A stretch of DNA of 64,000 nt from an uncultured Chloroflexia bacterium. GTDB taxonomy: Bacteria > Chloroflexota > Limnocylindria > Limnocylindrales > CSP1-4. The notes under the pieces were generated by a model, which saw only the letters and a list, made by a program, of their open reading frames with translations, ran no database searches and was not told where the DNA came from. The position numbers were made by a program, and so were the translations under genes. Positions 10,185-18,792 of this stretch are shown piece after piece. Positions within the stretch are counted from its first letter, which is position 1. The number at the start of each line of letters is the position of its first letter. The stretch is from positions 54,642 to 118,641 of the forward strand of contig CAWDCJ010000012.1 of NCBI GenBank assembly GCA_963800795.1. The letters run 5' to 3'.

Positions 10185-10457
10185 TCAGTCCTCGTCGGCC
10201 CTGAAGGTGTGCGACGCCGTGCAGGCGTTGCAGATGGGCATCGCCGAGTCCAGGTCGCCGAGCGGAAGCGGGACGGCTCGGTCCGGATACAGGCAGTCCA
10301 CGTCGTAGACGCGCCCGCCCGCCCGGTCCACGGCGATCAGCCGTCGGAAGGTGCAGCGGCGGATCCGCACGGCCGCCATCGGATGCGCGCGGGTTCCGGG
10401 CTCACTCCGGACGGGCTGCGCGACGACCGGGTCGGGGGTTCGCGGCAGGGCTGTCAT
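10185..10457 (-). CDS. Small Cys-containing hypothetical protein
   Basis: 90 aa ORF, AGAGGT SD, C-x19-C-x20-CxxC-x3-H; fills the gap between rnpB and the dcw promoter. Confidence 0.65.
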   Translation of the reverse strand: MTALPRTPDPVVAQPVRSEPGTRAHPMAAVRIRRCTFRRLIAVDRAGGRVYDVDCLYPDRAVPLPLGDLDSAMPICNACTASHTFRADED

Positions 10458-10648
10458 CTGCGGGTTCTGACCTCTTGGGTGGCGACGGCGTGACTCGGCG
10501 GCCGAGCCTACACCGGCCTGTTCGACATCCGCAAGCCGACACTCGTACTACCAGGCGTGCCCACGATCGGCCAGGAGAGCCCCCCGGCCGCTGGCCGGCC
10601 GGGGACGATCGGCCGGCTCGGCGGGCCCATTTGGTGGCGAGAACGGCG

Positions 10649-10676
10649 TTGACGCGGCTCCATCGCGATGTACTAT
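10649..10676 (+). promoter_or_regulatory. Sigma70-type promoter of the dcw cluster
   Basis: TTGACG (10649-54), 16 nt spacer, TACTAT (10671-76). Confidence 0.7.
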
Positions 10677-10691
10677 ACCCATCAGGTCCCA

Positions 10692-10722
10692 ACAAGTGGG
10701 GACAAGTGGTGAATCTCGGTGG
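10692..10722 (+). promoter_or_regulatory. MraZ-binding direct repeats
   Basis: ACAAGTGG repeated at a 10-nt period (10692, 10702) plus GTGG at 10719, upstream of mraZ; matches the known GTGG-type MraZ boxes. Confidence 0.7.
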
Positions 10723-10827
10723 CGGACGCAGGGCACGCGCCCGTCACCGGGGCACCGGGCACGCACTGCTGGATCCGTGGGCACGGGGCCCGCGAACAGC
10801 GGACACGAAGACAAGGAGCCCGGGCTG

Positions 10828-11259
10828 GTGTTCACCGGCGAGTACCGGCACACGGTGGACGCGAAGGCACGCCTCGCCGTGCCGTCCAGGTTCAGGGCGC
10901 AGCTCTCCGGTGGCGCGTTCGTGTCTCGCTGGCTGGACCTTTGCCTCGCCATCTGGCCCAGGGAGGGGTGGGAACGCCTCGCGGGAAAGGTGGCGGCGCT
11001 TCCGACCATCGAGAACCCCGGGGCCCGTGCGTTCAGCCGGTTCGTCTTCGCGAGCGCCATCGAGATCGAGTTCGACGCGCAGGGGCGCTTCGTCTTGCCG
11101 GCCTACCTCCGCGAAGCCGCCGGGCTGGAGGGTGAGGCGGTGGTCGTCGGCTCGCTCGACCACGCGGAGATCTGGGCGCCCGTCCGGTGGGACGACTACC
11201 GGAAGGCGCTCGAGGCGCCGGATGCGCTGGCCCAGCACCTTGCCGGGCTTGGCATCTAG
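10828..11259 (+). CDS. mraZ: Division/cell wall cluster transcriptional repressor MraZ
   Basis: FTGEYRHTVDAKARL, DAQGRFVLP, HAEIW; AAGGAG SD. Confidence 0.95.
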   Translation: MFTGEYRHTVDAKARLAVPSRFRAQLSGGAFVSRWLDLCLAIWPREGWERLAGKVAALPTIENPGARAFSRFVFASAIEIEFDAQGRFVLPAYLREAAGLEGEAVVVGSLDHAEIWAPVRWDDYRKALEAPDALAQHLAGLGI

Positions 11260-11317
11260 CGCACCACATGCGCTTCCAGGATCCGCTCGGGATCCGTTTG
11301 TTGGCGGAGAGGTAGAC

Positions 11318-12262
11318 ATGGAGCTTGGGCACCTGCCGGTGCTCGCGGAGGAGGTCATGCAGATGCTTGCCCCGCGCCCCGGCAGCCTTCATGTCGACGG
11401 AACCGTCGGCGGCGGTGGGCACACCGAGCGGATCCTGGAGGCCGCCAGCCCGGACGGCCGGGTCCTCGGACTCGACGCCGACCCGGCCGCGATCGCGCGC
11501 GTCGGGGAGCGGCTCGCCCGGTTCGGCGACCGGCTGGTGCTTCGACAGGCGAACTTCCGCGACCTCGCCGCGGTCGCCCCCGAGGCGGGCTTTCCGGCCG
11601 TCGACGGAATCCTGCTCGACCTGGGCCTGAGCTCATTCCAGCTCTCCGACCCGGAGCGCGGATTCAGCTTTCGCGCCGGTGGCCGCCTGGACATGCGCTT
11701 CGACCCGAGCGTGGGCCGGCCGGCCGCGGAGCTGCTGGCGGAGCTCGACGAAGCGGAGCTCAGCGACATCTTCCGGCGCTACGGCGAGGAGCCGCACGCG
11801 CGGCGCATCGCCCGGGCCGTGGTCGCCACGCGGGGCGCGGCACCCGTCGAGACCCCCGGTGCCTTCGCCGCGCTCGTCGAGCGGGCCGTCCCGCGACGTC
11901 CGGGCCGGGCCGGCCGGATCCATCCCGCCACCCGTGTCTTCCAGGCGTTGCGGATCGCGGTCAACGGCGAGCTCGACGCCCTGGAGGTTGCCCTCGGCGC
12001 CGCGGTCGATCTGCTCCGTCCCGGCGGCAGGCTCGTCGTGCTCGCCTACCACTCGCTCGAGGATCGCATCGTCAAGCGGTTCGTCGCAGCCGAACGCCGC
12101 GGCTGCACCTGCCCACCCAGCTTCCCGATCTGTGTCTGCGGCCGGGCCCCCCGCCTCCGCCCCGTTGGCCCCCAGCCGGCGGTTCCCTCAGAGGCGGAGG
12201 TCGCCGCGAATCCCCGCGCCCGGAGCGCCCGGCTCCGGACCGCGGAACGGCTCGCCGCATGA
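11318..12262 (+). CDS. rsmH: 16S rRNA m4C1402 methyltransferase
   Basis: HLPVL, DGTVGGGGH, DLGLSSFQL, LDMRFD, HPATRVFQALRIAVNGEL, YHSLEDRIVK, NPRARSARLR. Confidence 0.96.
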   Translation: MELGHLPVLAEEVMQMLAPRPGSLHVDGTVGGGGHTERILEAASPDGRVLGLDADPAAIARVGERLARFGDRLVLRQANFRDLAAVAPEAGFPAVDGILLDLGLSSFQLSDPERGFSFRAGGRLDMRFDPSVGRPAAELLAELDEAELSDIFRRYGEEPHARRIARAVVATRGAAPVETPGAFAALVERAVPRRPGRAGRIHPATRVFQALRIAVNGELDALEVALGAAVDLLRPGGRLVVLAYHSLEDRIVKRFVAAERRGCTCPPSFPICVCGRAPRLRPVGPQPAVPSEAEVAANPRARSARLRTAERLAA

Positions 12263-12299
12263 GCCGTCCGGACGTCGACGCGAAGGAGGGTCCGCACCG

Positions 12300-12497
12300 A
12301 TGAGCAAGCGCCACCAGTCGCAACGCCGCAGGACGTACGGGCGTCGGGAGCATGAGGTTCGTGAGCGTCGCGATCGGACCTGGTCGGCCCTCGACCAGAT
12401 GACCGAGCTGACGCGCGAGCCGTTCGTCGGTGTGGACGTCGCCGTCCGCGAGCTTGGCTTGCCCGCCTACGGCAGCGCCTATCTCGGGGTGGATTGA
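12300..12497 (+). CDS. Small basic hypothetical protein between rsmH and ftsL
   Basis: AAGGAGG SD then ATG 12300; 65 aa MSKRHQSQRRRTYGRREHEVRERR...; its TGA overlaps the next ATG. Confidence 0.7.
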   Translation: MSKRHQSQRRRTYGRREHEVRERRDRTWSALDQMTELTREPFVGVDVAVRELGLPAYGSAYLGVD

Positions 12498-12919
12498 TGG
12501 CGGGCTATGCCGGGGCGCGACCGCGCTCCGGCACCCTGGCGCCGCGCCGCCGGGACGAGACGCCCGTCGCCCGGCGCGGAACCGACCCAGCGGATCGGGC
12601 CGCGGACCTCCCGCGCCGAAGCCTTCGGGGCGCCACGGCCGTCCGGTCCCGACGCCGGCAGGGCCGGGTGGGCCTGATGGTGGTCGGGATCGTGGTCGTC
12701 TTCCTGCTCGGGCTCTTCTCGCTGACCCAGACGGTTCAAGTTTCTGCGACGGACCTCGACCTCGATCGCCTCATGGCCGCGCGGGCGGAGCTCCAGTCCA
12801 ACGAGCGCGACCTGATCGCGAACCTGTCCCGCCTCGGCAGCGAGGCGGCGGTCCGGAGCCAGGCCCTCGACGCCGGGCTCGGCCAGCTCGTCGACCCGCT
12901 CGTGGTGCCCGCGCGCTAG
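12497..12919 (+). CDS. ftsL: FtsL-like cell division protein
   Basis: Basic N-terminus, single TM helix, coiled coil; position directly before ftsI. Confidence 0.65.
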   Translation: MAGYAGARPRSGTLAPRRRDETPVARRGTDPADRAADLPRRSLRGATAVRSRRRQGRVGLMVVGIVVVFLLGLFSLTQTVQVSATDLDLDRLMAARAELQSNERDLIANLSRLGSEAAVRSQALDAGLGQLVDPLVVPAR

Positions 12920-12967
12920 CCCGCGGGCACCCAAGACCAATCGACCGACGACGAGGAAGCCTGCCTG

Positions 12968-14809
12968 ATGCCCGGCCGGACCGATAGTCGCCCGCGCAGC
13001 CTGGTCGTGCTGGTGTTGCTTGCCTGCTTCGGCATCGCCTGCATCGCCCGTCTGGGCTATTGGCAGGTGCTGCGCCACGACGACCTCGTGGCGCGTGCCC
13101 GCGAGCAGGTGACGGCGCGCATCGTGGTCCCGCCGGTGCGCGGGACGATCTACGACCGGAGCGGGACCGTGGTGCTTGCCACCTCCGTCGAGCGCGACCT
13201 GCTCAGTGCCTACCCCGCCCAGATGATCGGCGCGACCGACGCCGACACCGCGGCACTTCGAGAGAGCGTCGCCGCGAAGGTCGTGGCGATCCTCGGCCTG
13301 GTCCCGACCGACGCGGCGGCGCTGCGAGCGAAGCTCGATGCCGGAGGCGCCTACGTGGTCCTGGCCCACGACCTGACGCCGGTCCAGTCGAGCGCGATCA
13401 GGGCCGGCCTGGCCGATGGCTCCCTGACGCAGGTCAACCTCGAGCCCGAGGAGGTCCGCGTCTATCCGCAGGTCGGCGGAGCCACGGGCACGAGCCTTGC
13501 CGCGCAGCTGCTGGGTTTCGTCAACCGCGACGGCACCGGCCAGTACGGGATCGAGGGCCACTGGCAGGACCTGCTGGCGGGCAGCCCGCAGGTCCTCCTC
13601 GCGCAGCGCGACGGCTCCGGGCAGCCGATCCTGGAGAGCGCCCAGACCCTGGAGCCGGGATCACCCGGTACGTCGCTCACGCTCACCATCGACGCCGGCC
13701 TCCAGCTCAAGCTGGAACAGGAGGTCTACGCAGCCTGGGTCGCGGACAGCGCGAAAGGCGTTTCCGGCGTCGTGATGGATCCCAGGACGGGTGAGATCCT
13801 GGCGTCCGCCTCGTATCCGAGCTACGACGGAAACGACTACGCGACCATCGCCGCGAGCGATCCGTCGCGCTTCATCGACCCGGTCGTGTCTGCGGTGTAT
13901 GAGCCGGGCTCCGTCTTCAAGCTGCTGACCGCGACAGCCGCCCTGCAGGCCGGCGTGGTCACCCGCACGACGGTCCTCCAGGACCAGAGGGTGCTCACCC
14001 TCGACGACGGGCGGGCGTTCGTCCAGAACGCCGACAAGGGCAGCAAGGGGGCGATCTCCTTCCAGGACGCTGTGGCATGGTCCCGCAACGTGGTGATGTC
14101 AAAGGTCGCGCTCAAGCTTGGTCCGACCACGCAGCAGGCGGCCTCGGTCCTGTACCAGACCTGGACCCGCCTGGGCTTTGGCTCCCCGACGGGCATCGAC
14201 GTGGCGGGAGAGGTGCCCGGGCTGGTCCGCGATCCCGCGGTCCAGCCGTGGCAGCAGATCGACCTGGCGAATGCGTCGTTCGGCCAGGGCGTCGCCGTGA
14301 CGCTGATCCAGCTCGCGACCGCCTACAGCGCGATGGTCAACGGCGGGACGCTCCCGACCCCGCACGTCGTCAAGGACACGGGTGCGACGCCCACGCCCAC
14401 GACCGGACGCGGACGCGTGATGACGCCTGCCCTGGCATCCGAGCTGACCGCGATCATGGAGCGCGTGGTGAACGTGGTGCCGTTCTACCGCGCCCGCACC
14501 CTGATCCCGGGCTACCTGGTGGGGGGCAAGACGGGAACCGCCCAGATCTGGGACTCGAAGGCCGGGCAGTTCCGGTCCGACGTGTTCAACTTCTCGTTCA
14601 TCGGGTTCGTCGGCCGGACATCCCCGGAGCTGGTGATCGCCGTCCAGATCAACCAGGGCAGGCCGATCGTGAACAGGACCGGCGATGTCGAGAACGCGGT
14701 CGAGTCCTTCGAGCTCTTCCGGAGGATCGCGACCGACGCGATGGACACGCTGGACCTGCCGCCCGTGGTCCCTGCGGCCTCGGCGACAGCCGCGCCGGCC
14801 CACCCATGA
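12968..14809 (+). CDS. ftsI: Class B penicillin-binding protein (FtsI/PBP3-like)
   Basis: N-terminal TM, RGTIYDR, EPGSVFK (SxxK), SRN (SxN), GKTGTAQ. Confidence 0.92.
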   Translation: MPGRTDSRPRSLVVLVLLACFGIACIARLGYWQVLRHDDLVARAREQVTARIVVPPVRGTIYDRSGTVVLATSVERDLLSAYPAQMIGATDADTAALRESVAAKVVAILGLVPTDAAALRAKLDAGGAYVVLAHDLTPVQSSAIRAGLADGSLTQVNLEPEEVRVYPQVGGATGTSLAAQLLGFVNRDGTGQYGIEGHWQDLLAGSPQVLLAQRDGSGQPILESAQTLEPGSPGTSLTLTIDAGLQLKLEQEVYAAWVADSAKGVSGVVMDPRTGEILASASYPSYDGNDYATIAASDPSRFIDPVVSAVYEPGSVFKLLTATAALQAGVVTRTTVLQDQRVLTLDDGRAFVQNADKGSKGAISFQDAVAWSRNVVMSKVALKLGPTTQQAASVLYQTWTRLGFGSPTGIDVAGEVPGLVRDPAVQPWQQIDLANASFGQGVAVTLIQLATAYSAMVNGGTLPTPHVVKDTGATPTPTTGRGRVMTPALASELTAIMERVVNVVPFYRARTLIPGYLVGGKTGTAQIWDSKAGQFRSDVFNFSFIGFVGRTSPELVIAVQINQGRPIVNRTGDVENAVESFELFRRIATDAMDTLDLPPVVPAASATAAPAHP

Positions 14810-16254
14810 GCCTGGCCTGTGGGACACTCCCCGGCGTGACGACCGTGCCTGCCCCAGCCCTGGGTGCCGCCGAACTCGTCGCGGTGACCCAGGGCATGCT
14901 GCTCCGCGACGCCGGTCGTCCGATCCGGGGCGCGGCGGTGGACTCGCGCGCCGTGGAGCCGGGCAACCTCTTCGTCGCGCTGCCCGGCGAGCGGTCGGAC
15001 GGACACGCGTTCCTGCGAGCGGCCGTGGCGGCCGGCGCGGCCGCCCTGCTGGTCGGTCGCCCCCTCGACGCGGACGAGAGCGACGCGCTCGAGGGCGTAA
15101 CCGCGGTCCAGGTGCACGACACGCTCGTCGGGCTCCAGGCGATCGGGGCCGCCTGGCGCGCCCGGTTCGACCCGCTCGTCGTGGGGATCACCGGCAGCGT
15201 CGCGAAGACGTCCACGAAGGATGCGACCGCGGCGGTCCTCTCCGCCGCGCTGCGGACGCTGAAGAGCGAGGGCAACGCGAACAACGAGATCGGGCTCCCG
15301 CTGACGCTCCTGCGGATTGGACCAGAGCACCGCGCGGTGGTCCTCGAGATGGGGATGTATGTCGGGGGCGAGATCGCCACGCTCGCCCGGCTCGGCCGGC
15401 CCCGGATCGGCGTCGTGACGGCCGTGGCGCCGGTCCACCAGGAACGGGCGGGCAGCCTCGAGGCAATCGAGGACGCGAAGGCGGAGCTGGTCGAGGCCCT
15501 GCCTCCCGGCGGGACCGCCGTCCTCAACGCCGACGACCCGCGCGTGCGGACCTTCGGCTCGCGCACGCAGGCCTCGGTGATCCGTTACGGCTTCGCTCCC
15601 GGCGCCGACGTGACGGCGGACCGCGTTGTCGGCCGCGGGGCCGCCGGCATGGTCTTCGAGCTCGTGGCGCACGTCCCGCGGGAGGCGCGGTTCGAGGTGG
15701 CGATCGGCGCGCTGGGGCGGCACAGCGTCCAGAACGCGCTGGCCGCGGCGGCAGTCGGCCTCGTGGCCGGGCTCTCGGACGAATCGATCGCGACGGGCCT
15801 GGCAGCAGACTGGGCGGCGTCATCGCCGCACCGCGGCGCGATCGTGAAGGCACCCGGCCTCACGATCCTCGACGACACCTACAACGCCTCTCCGCCCGCG
15901 ATGCTCGCCGCGCTCGACGTTCTCGTCTCGCTGCCCGGCCGGCCCGTGGCCATCCTCGGCGAGATGCTGGAGCTCGGCGACGCACACGCGGCCGGGCACC
16001 GTGCCGTGGGCGAGGCAGCCGGCCGGGCGGTCGCCGAGCTGATCGTGGTGGGGCCCGGCGCCCGAGCCATCGCCGACGGTGCGATGGCGGCTGGCCTGCC
16101 CGCGTCGCGCATCCACGCCGTGCCCGACCGGGCGACCGCGATCGAGCTCCTCCCGTCGCTCCTGCATCCCGGCGACGTGGTCCTCGTCAAGGCGTCCCGG
16201 GGCGCGGCGCTCGAGGCGATCGTGGATGTGCTCCGGAACGGGATCCTGGCGTGA
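14806..16254 (+). CDS. murF: UDP-MurNAc-tripeptide D-Ala-D-Ala ligase; start may be GTG 14836
   Basis: VDSR, GITGSVAKT, NNEIGLPLT, VLEMGM, DDTYNASP, GEMLELG, VKASRG. Confidence 0.93.
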   Translation: MSLACGTLPGVTTVPAPALGAAELVAVTQGMLLRDAGRPIRGAAVDSRAVEPGNLFVALPGERSDGHAFLRAAVAAGAAALLVGRPLDADESDALEGVTAVQVHDTLVGLQAIGAAWRARFDPLVVGITGSVAKTSTKDATAAVLSAALRTLKSEGNANNEIGLPLTLLRIGPEHRAVVLEMGMYVGGEIATLARLGRPRIGVVTAVAPVHQERAGSLEAIEDAKAELVEALPPGGTAVLNADDPRVRTFGSRTQASVIRYGFAPGADVTADRVVGRGAAGMVFELVAHVPREARFEVAIGALGRHSVQNALAAAAVGLVAGLSDESIATGLAADWAASSPHRGAIVKAPGLTILDDTYNASPPAMLAALDVLVSLPGRPVAILGEMLELGDAHAAGHRAVGEAAGRAVAELIVVGPGARAIADGAMAAGLPASRIHAVPDRATAIELLPSLLHPGDVVLVKASRGAALEAIVDVLRNGILA

Positions 16255-17228
16255 CCGTCGAGCTGATCCAGGGGATGCTCCTCGCGTTCGCGATCGTGGT
16301 GATCCTCATGCCCGGCTACATCCGGCTGATGCGGTGGGCAGGGTTCGCCAAGCAGATCCGCGTCGATGGACCGGAGTCGCACCAGGTCAAGAGCGGCACG
16401 CCCACGGCCGGGGGAGCGCTCCTGATCGGCGTGGTCGCCTCGCTGGCGCTTCTCTTCAACCTGGTCGACGCCTCGACGTTCGCTCCGCTCGCGGCACTGG
16501 GGCTGGTGGGCGTGCTGGGGTTCGCCGATGACTGGCTCAATGCGAGCACCGGCGACGGCATCCGCGCTCGCCAGAAGCTCCTCTGGCAGACGGCCGTCGC
16601 GGTGTTCGCCGCCTGGCAGATCCAGCGGACCTACCAGATCGCCGCGGTGGCCGTGCCGTTCGTGGGCGCCGTCGCCGTCGCGCCGTGGATCTACATCGCG
16701 TTCGCCGCGTTCGCGATCGTCGCCATGAGCAACGGGGTCAACCTCACGGACGGCCTGGACGGGCTGGCGGGCGGCACCCTGATCTTCGCGTTCGTCTCGT
16801 TCCTGATCATCGCCCTGCTCAATGACCCCGCCCAGCCGAACCTCGCGATCCTGTGCTCGCTGCTCATCGGGGCGCTGCTGGGCTTCCTGTGGTTTAACGT
16901 TCATCCGGCCCAGGTGTTCATGGGCGACGCCGGCTCGCTGAGCCTGGGGGCGACGCTCGCGGTCGTCTCGCTCATCACCGGCCAGATCCTGATCCTTCCC
17001 CTGATCGGGGTCATCTTCGTCGTGGAGGCCGGTTCGGTGGTGCTCCAGGTCGGCTTCTTCAAGATCACCGGCGGCCGGCGCATCTTCCGTATGAGCCCCC
17101 TCCATCACCACTTCGAGCTGGGCGGCTGGCCCGAGACGAAGATCTCGCTCCGCTTCTGGATCGTCGGCGCCCTCGCCGGCCTCCTGGGCGTGACCCTCTT
17201 CCTGGCCACGCTCCAGCGGCTGGAGTGA
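16251..17228 (+). CDS. mraY: Phospho-MurNAc-pentapeptide transferase
   Basis: KSGTPTAGG, NGVNLTDGLDGL, FMGDAGS, SPLHHHFELGGW. Confidence 0.96.
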   Translation: MTVELIQGMLLAFAIVVILMPGYIRLMRWAGFAKQIRVDGPESHQVKSGTPTAGGALLIGVVASLALLFNLVDASTFAPLAALGLVGVLGFADDWLNASTGDGIRARQKLLWQTAVAVFAAWQIQRTYQIAAVAVPFVGAVAVAPWIYIAFAAFAIVAMSNGVNLTDGLDGLAGGTLIFAFVSFLIIALLNDPAQPNLAILCSLLIGALLGFLWFNVHPAQVFMGDAGSLSLGATLAVVSLITGQILILPLIGVIFVVEAGSVVLQVGFFKITGGRRIFRMSPLHHHFELGGWPETKISLRFWIVGALAGLLGVTLFLATLQRLE

Positions 17229-17230
17229 CG

Positions 17231-18790
17231 ATGCCACGCCCCTTCACCCTCGATGCGCTGACCCTGGACGCGGTTCGCGCCGGCGCGCTGGCGGGCGTGC
17301 CGGTGACCGTCCTGGGCCTGGCGCGGACCGGCGTCGGCCTGGCCCGCTTCTTCGTGGACGCGGGCGCGGAGGTGACGGTCTACGACGGGCAGCCGGCCGA
17401 CGCGCTGGCGGACCGGATCGCGCAGCTGGAGGGCCGGCCTGTCCGGCTCCTCGCCGGGCCGGCCCTGGACCCGGCCTCTGCCTGGGAAGGCGCAGCCCTG
17501 GTGGCCTTCTCACCGTCGATCACGCCGGGCTTCCCGACGACCGAGCCGCGCCTCCGGGCTGCTCTCGACGCCCTGGTGGCGCGGCGTGCCGCCGGAGACC
17601 CGGATGCGCCGGCGCTCGCGTCGGAGCCGGACCTCGCGCTGCGGCTGTGCCCTGCGCCGACCATCGGCGTCACCGGGACCAAGGGCAAGACGACGACCGC
17701 GTCGCTCACCACGCACATCCTGGCCGGCGACCCGGCTCATCCGGCCGTGCTGGGTGGGAACATCGGTCTCCCGCTCATCGACCGGGTGCTCGGGCTCTCG
17801 GCCGCCAATCGGGTCGTGGTCGAGCTGTCGGAGCTCCAGCTGCCGAGCCTGACCCGGGGGACCACTGTCGCGGTTTACACCAACGTCACGGCGGATCACC
17901 TGGATCGTCACGGGTCGCTGGCGGGGTACCGGGCCGTGAAGCGGCGCCTGGCGGAGCTGGTCGATCCGGCTGGCGCCCTGGTCCTCAACCTGGACGACCC
18001 GGTGGTAGGCGGCTATGCCGGTCTCGGGACCGCGCCCGCGGTCTGCTATCGGCTCGACCGTCCGATCCCCGGTGGAGTCGGGCTGGAGGACGGCTGGGTG
18101 GTAGCCGCAGGCGTGGAGCGGCTGCCCGGCCTCGGGGGCGGCACCGCCTGGACCGGGCCGGGAGGGCGCGTGATGCCGGTGGGCGAGTTCTCGTTGCCGG
18201 GGCGTCACAACGCCTCGAACCTGCTGGCTGCCGTCGCGGTCGGGCTGCTGTTCGGGATCGCGCCAGACGCCATCCGGGCCGCCGCCGCCAGCTTCGAGGG
18301 GGTCGAGCATCGCCTCGAGCCGGTCGGGCTGGTGGACGGCGTCCGCTTCGTGAACAATTCCATGGGCACCCAGCCCGACGCGGTCGCGGCGGCGCTGCGT
18401 AGCTTCGAGCCGCCGCTCGTCCTCATCGCCGGGGGCCGTGACAAGGGAATCGACCTGTCGCCGCTCGGGCCGGTCGTCGCGGAGCGGGCCGCCGCCGCCG
18501 TCCTGATCGGCGAGTCCGGCCCGGCGCTCGCGGCGCTCTTCCGTGCTGCCGGGCTTCGCCGGGTCGAGGAGGCCGGGACGCTCGATGCAGCTGTCCCACG
18601 GGCGAACGAGCTCGCCCGCCAGCTGCTCGCCTCGGCGGTCCCCGGGAGCGTCGCCACCGTGCTCCTGAGTCCGGCTGCCGCCAGCTTCGACCAGTTCGCC
18701 GACTACGCCGCGCGCGGCCGCGCCTTCAAGTCCGCGGTCGCCGAGATCGCCGCCGCCGCGGTGGCGGCCGGTCCGGAACGGAAGGGCTAG
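17231..18790 (+). CDS. murD: UDP-MurNAc-L-Ala D-glutamate ligase
   Basis: GLARTG, GTKGKTTT, GGNIG, DHLDRH, EHRLE, GGRDKG, LLSPAAASFDQF. Confidence 0.92.
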   Translation: MPRPFTLDALTLDAVRAGALAGVPVTVLGLARTGVGLARFFVDAGAEVTVYDGQPADALADRIAQLEGRPVRLLAGPALDPASAWEGAALVAFSPSITPGFPTTEPRLRAALDALVARRAAGDPDAPALASEPDLALRLCPAPTIGVTGTKGKTTTASLTTHILAGDPAHPAVLGGNIGLPLIDRVLGLSAANRVVVELSELQLPSLTRGTTVAVYTNVTADHLDRHGSLAGYRAVKRRLAELVDPAGALVLNLDDPVVGGYAGLGTAPAVCYRLDRPIPGGVGLEDGWVVAAGVERLPGLGGGTAWTGPGGRVMPVGEFSLPGRHNASNLLAAVAVGLLFGIAPDAIRAAAASFEGVEHRLEPVGLVDGVRFVNNSMGTQPDAVAAALRSFEPPLVLIAGGRDKGIDLSPLGPVVAERAAAAVLIGESGPALAALFRAAGLRRVEEAGTLDAAVPRANELARQLLASAVPGSVATVLLSPAAASFDQFADYAARGRAFKSAVAEIAAAAVAAGPERKG

Positions 18791-18792
18791 GC

